A stretch of 64,000 bases of DNA, taken from NCBI RefSeq assembly GCF_040938485.1, contig NW_027272314.1, positions 310,001 to 374,000 on the forward strand. The letters are read 5' to 3'. The notes under the pieces were generated by a model. The model was not told where the DNA came from and did no database searches. It saw nothing but the letters and a program-made list of their open reading frames with translations. The stretch is from Diadema antillarum (taxonomy: Eukaryota). Positions 62,848-64,000 of the stretch are shown piece by piece. The position numbers and the translations under genes are program-made. Numbering within the stretch: position 1 is the stretch's first letter; the number at the start of each line of letters is the position of its first letter.

Positions 62848-63031
62848 CTGCAAGGAAAGCGACAAATCGGAGAGAGAAAGATTTTGTTGACCGTACAATA
62901 TGACTGAGGTCACTGGGAACGCAATTCTCCTTAGTGCATATATAGCCGATATCAAGCGATATCACCTCGCGATACCGATATCTGATCGATCGCTCTTGGA
63001 CGTATACTTCCGGTTTTGCGGTTCTGGAAAA

Positions 63032-63245
63032 TCATACCAAGGATCCTACATCGTACATTCCTTTGTGGAAATGTCTCGAACAAATACGCGAGTCTGACTT
63101 CAGGTCGAAGTGGTCTTTCCTGCGAAGTAGATTTTTCCACGCTCTTTGCTTAACCTTGTTTGTTGGAAACTTCATCCACGTCACGTCCTTCATCTATGGA
63201 TATTTTTCCATAATTTCGTCGTTTGGCATTATCGGCCCAACAGTG
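63032..63245 (-). pseudogene. Degraded THAP zinc-finger coding fragment, probably a DNA-transposon fossil
   Basis: Hand translation MEKYP*MKDVTWMKFPTNKVKQRAWKNLLRRKDHFDLKSDSRICSRHFHKG has the THAP FP...W...R...R.CS.HF signature, plus an in-frame stop and a frameshifted N-terminal HCW. Confidence 0.65.
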
Positions 63246-63493
63246 TGCCGCTTCTCAGAAGAATCCCATTCATCAAATGTCAATTACAGATTAGAAAATA
63301 CAGATTTTAGATTTAGATTAGATTTCTTGACTCTTAGATTTCAAGAGTTGCTTTTACGAAAGTACTTACAGGCTTACAGCTTGATGACGCACAGTGACAT
63401 GCATATAGATATGTGCGGAATCTTAAACCTAAGAACCAAACCTAACAATTAAGTTTTCATTATTGCTACGCCTCAGCGATGACAAACACTTAC

Positions 63494-63698
63494 CCTGCAT
63501 CCTGATCGACTTGGACAGCTCTCGGATAGAACAGACCCGTCAAGAATGCTCTCTCCGAAGTCGGATATCCGATTCGAATGGATGCGATGCTGTTTCCAGT
63601 CATGTGGGTGCAGTACAACGTCCTGTTTGTTTCGTCGATTGCAATTCCATGTATATCTATGGAATAATGTACAAATACCAAATGTGACAAAAAGACGT
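63494..63698 (-). CDS. YWTD beta-propeller protein, internal exon (205 nt); upstream exons lie beyond the window
   Basis: IHGIAIDETNRTLYCT...YPRAVQVDQDAG. Acceptor TTTTACAAG (63699-63701) and donor GTAAGT (63488-63493). Confidence 0.8.
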
Positions 63699-64000
63699 CT
63701 TGTAAAATGGTAATTAAATATATATTTAATGCCCCTCAAATAGAGCCATTTATGTTTGATTCATTAAATCAGAGAGCCTACGAAACAAGTAAACCTTGTA
63801 TATAGAAAACAAACAACAAGCTAGCAAACAGGAAAGGAATAGCATAAATACAAAGAAACACAAACACACACACACACACACATACAGATACGCACATCGA
63901 AACACCAGAAAAGCATGGTAAGTAAGATAATTTAAAGGGTATAGTTTTAGTTGAGATGGGGATGGAGGTTTTAACTTTTTGCGAGATACTAGTACTTGGA

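Overview
Eukaryotic genomic DNA from an invertebrate animal, probably an echinoderm such as a sea urchin (inferred from the echinoidin-like lectin, the intronless rhodopsin-type GPCR cluster and the repeat types). It is AT-rich and intron-rich, with many microsatellites and one 192-bp N gap. Genes: (1) a ubiquitin-coding exon (minus, 233-335, absent from the ORF track), probably the ubiquitin-ribosomal protein fusion UBA52, continuing off the left edge; (2) a two-exon secreted C-type lectin (20745-21026 + 23302-23565); (3) three tandem single-exon-CDS class A GPCR paralogues of aminergic-like type (31246, 40655, 52850); (4) the last three coding exons of a minus-strand YWTD beta-propeller (LDLR class B) protein entering from the right edge. 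Mobile DNA: two near-full-length CR1-group LINEs (APE + RT), one with an in-frame 633-bp duplication of the RT catalytic core and one broken by a single 2-bp frameshift; several LINE 3' fragments; a tRNA-derived SINE; TTAA-flanked Kolobok-type MITEs; a TA-flanked MITE; a THAP-domain fossil; and a Penelope-type hammerhead motif. Most unusual: a 404-bp TG...CA element with a 4-bp TSD, made of a full LTR, an exact 18-nt tRNA-Ser primer-binding site and an inverted LTR copy (760-1163); and the GPCR trio, which has lost both cysteines of the canonical TM3-ECL2 disulfide and carries Gln in place of the aminergic Asp3.32. No CRISPR arrays, rRNA or true tRNA genes were seen. All alignments and translations outside the ORF track were done by hand.
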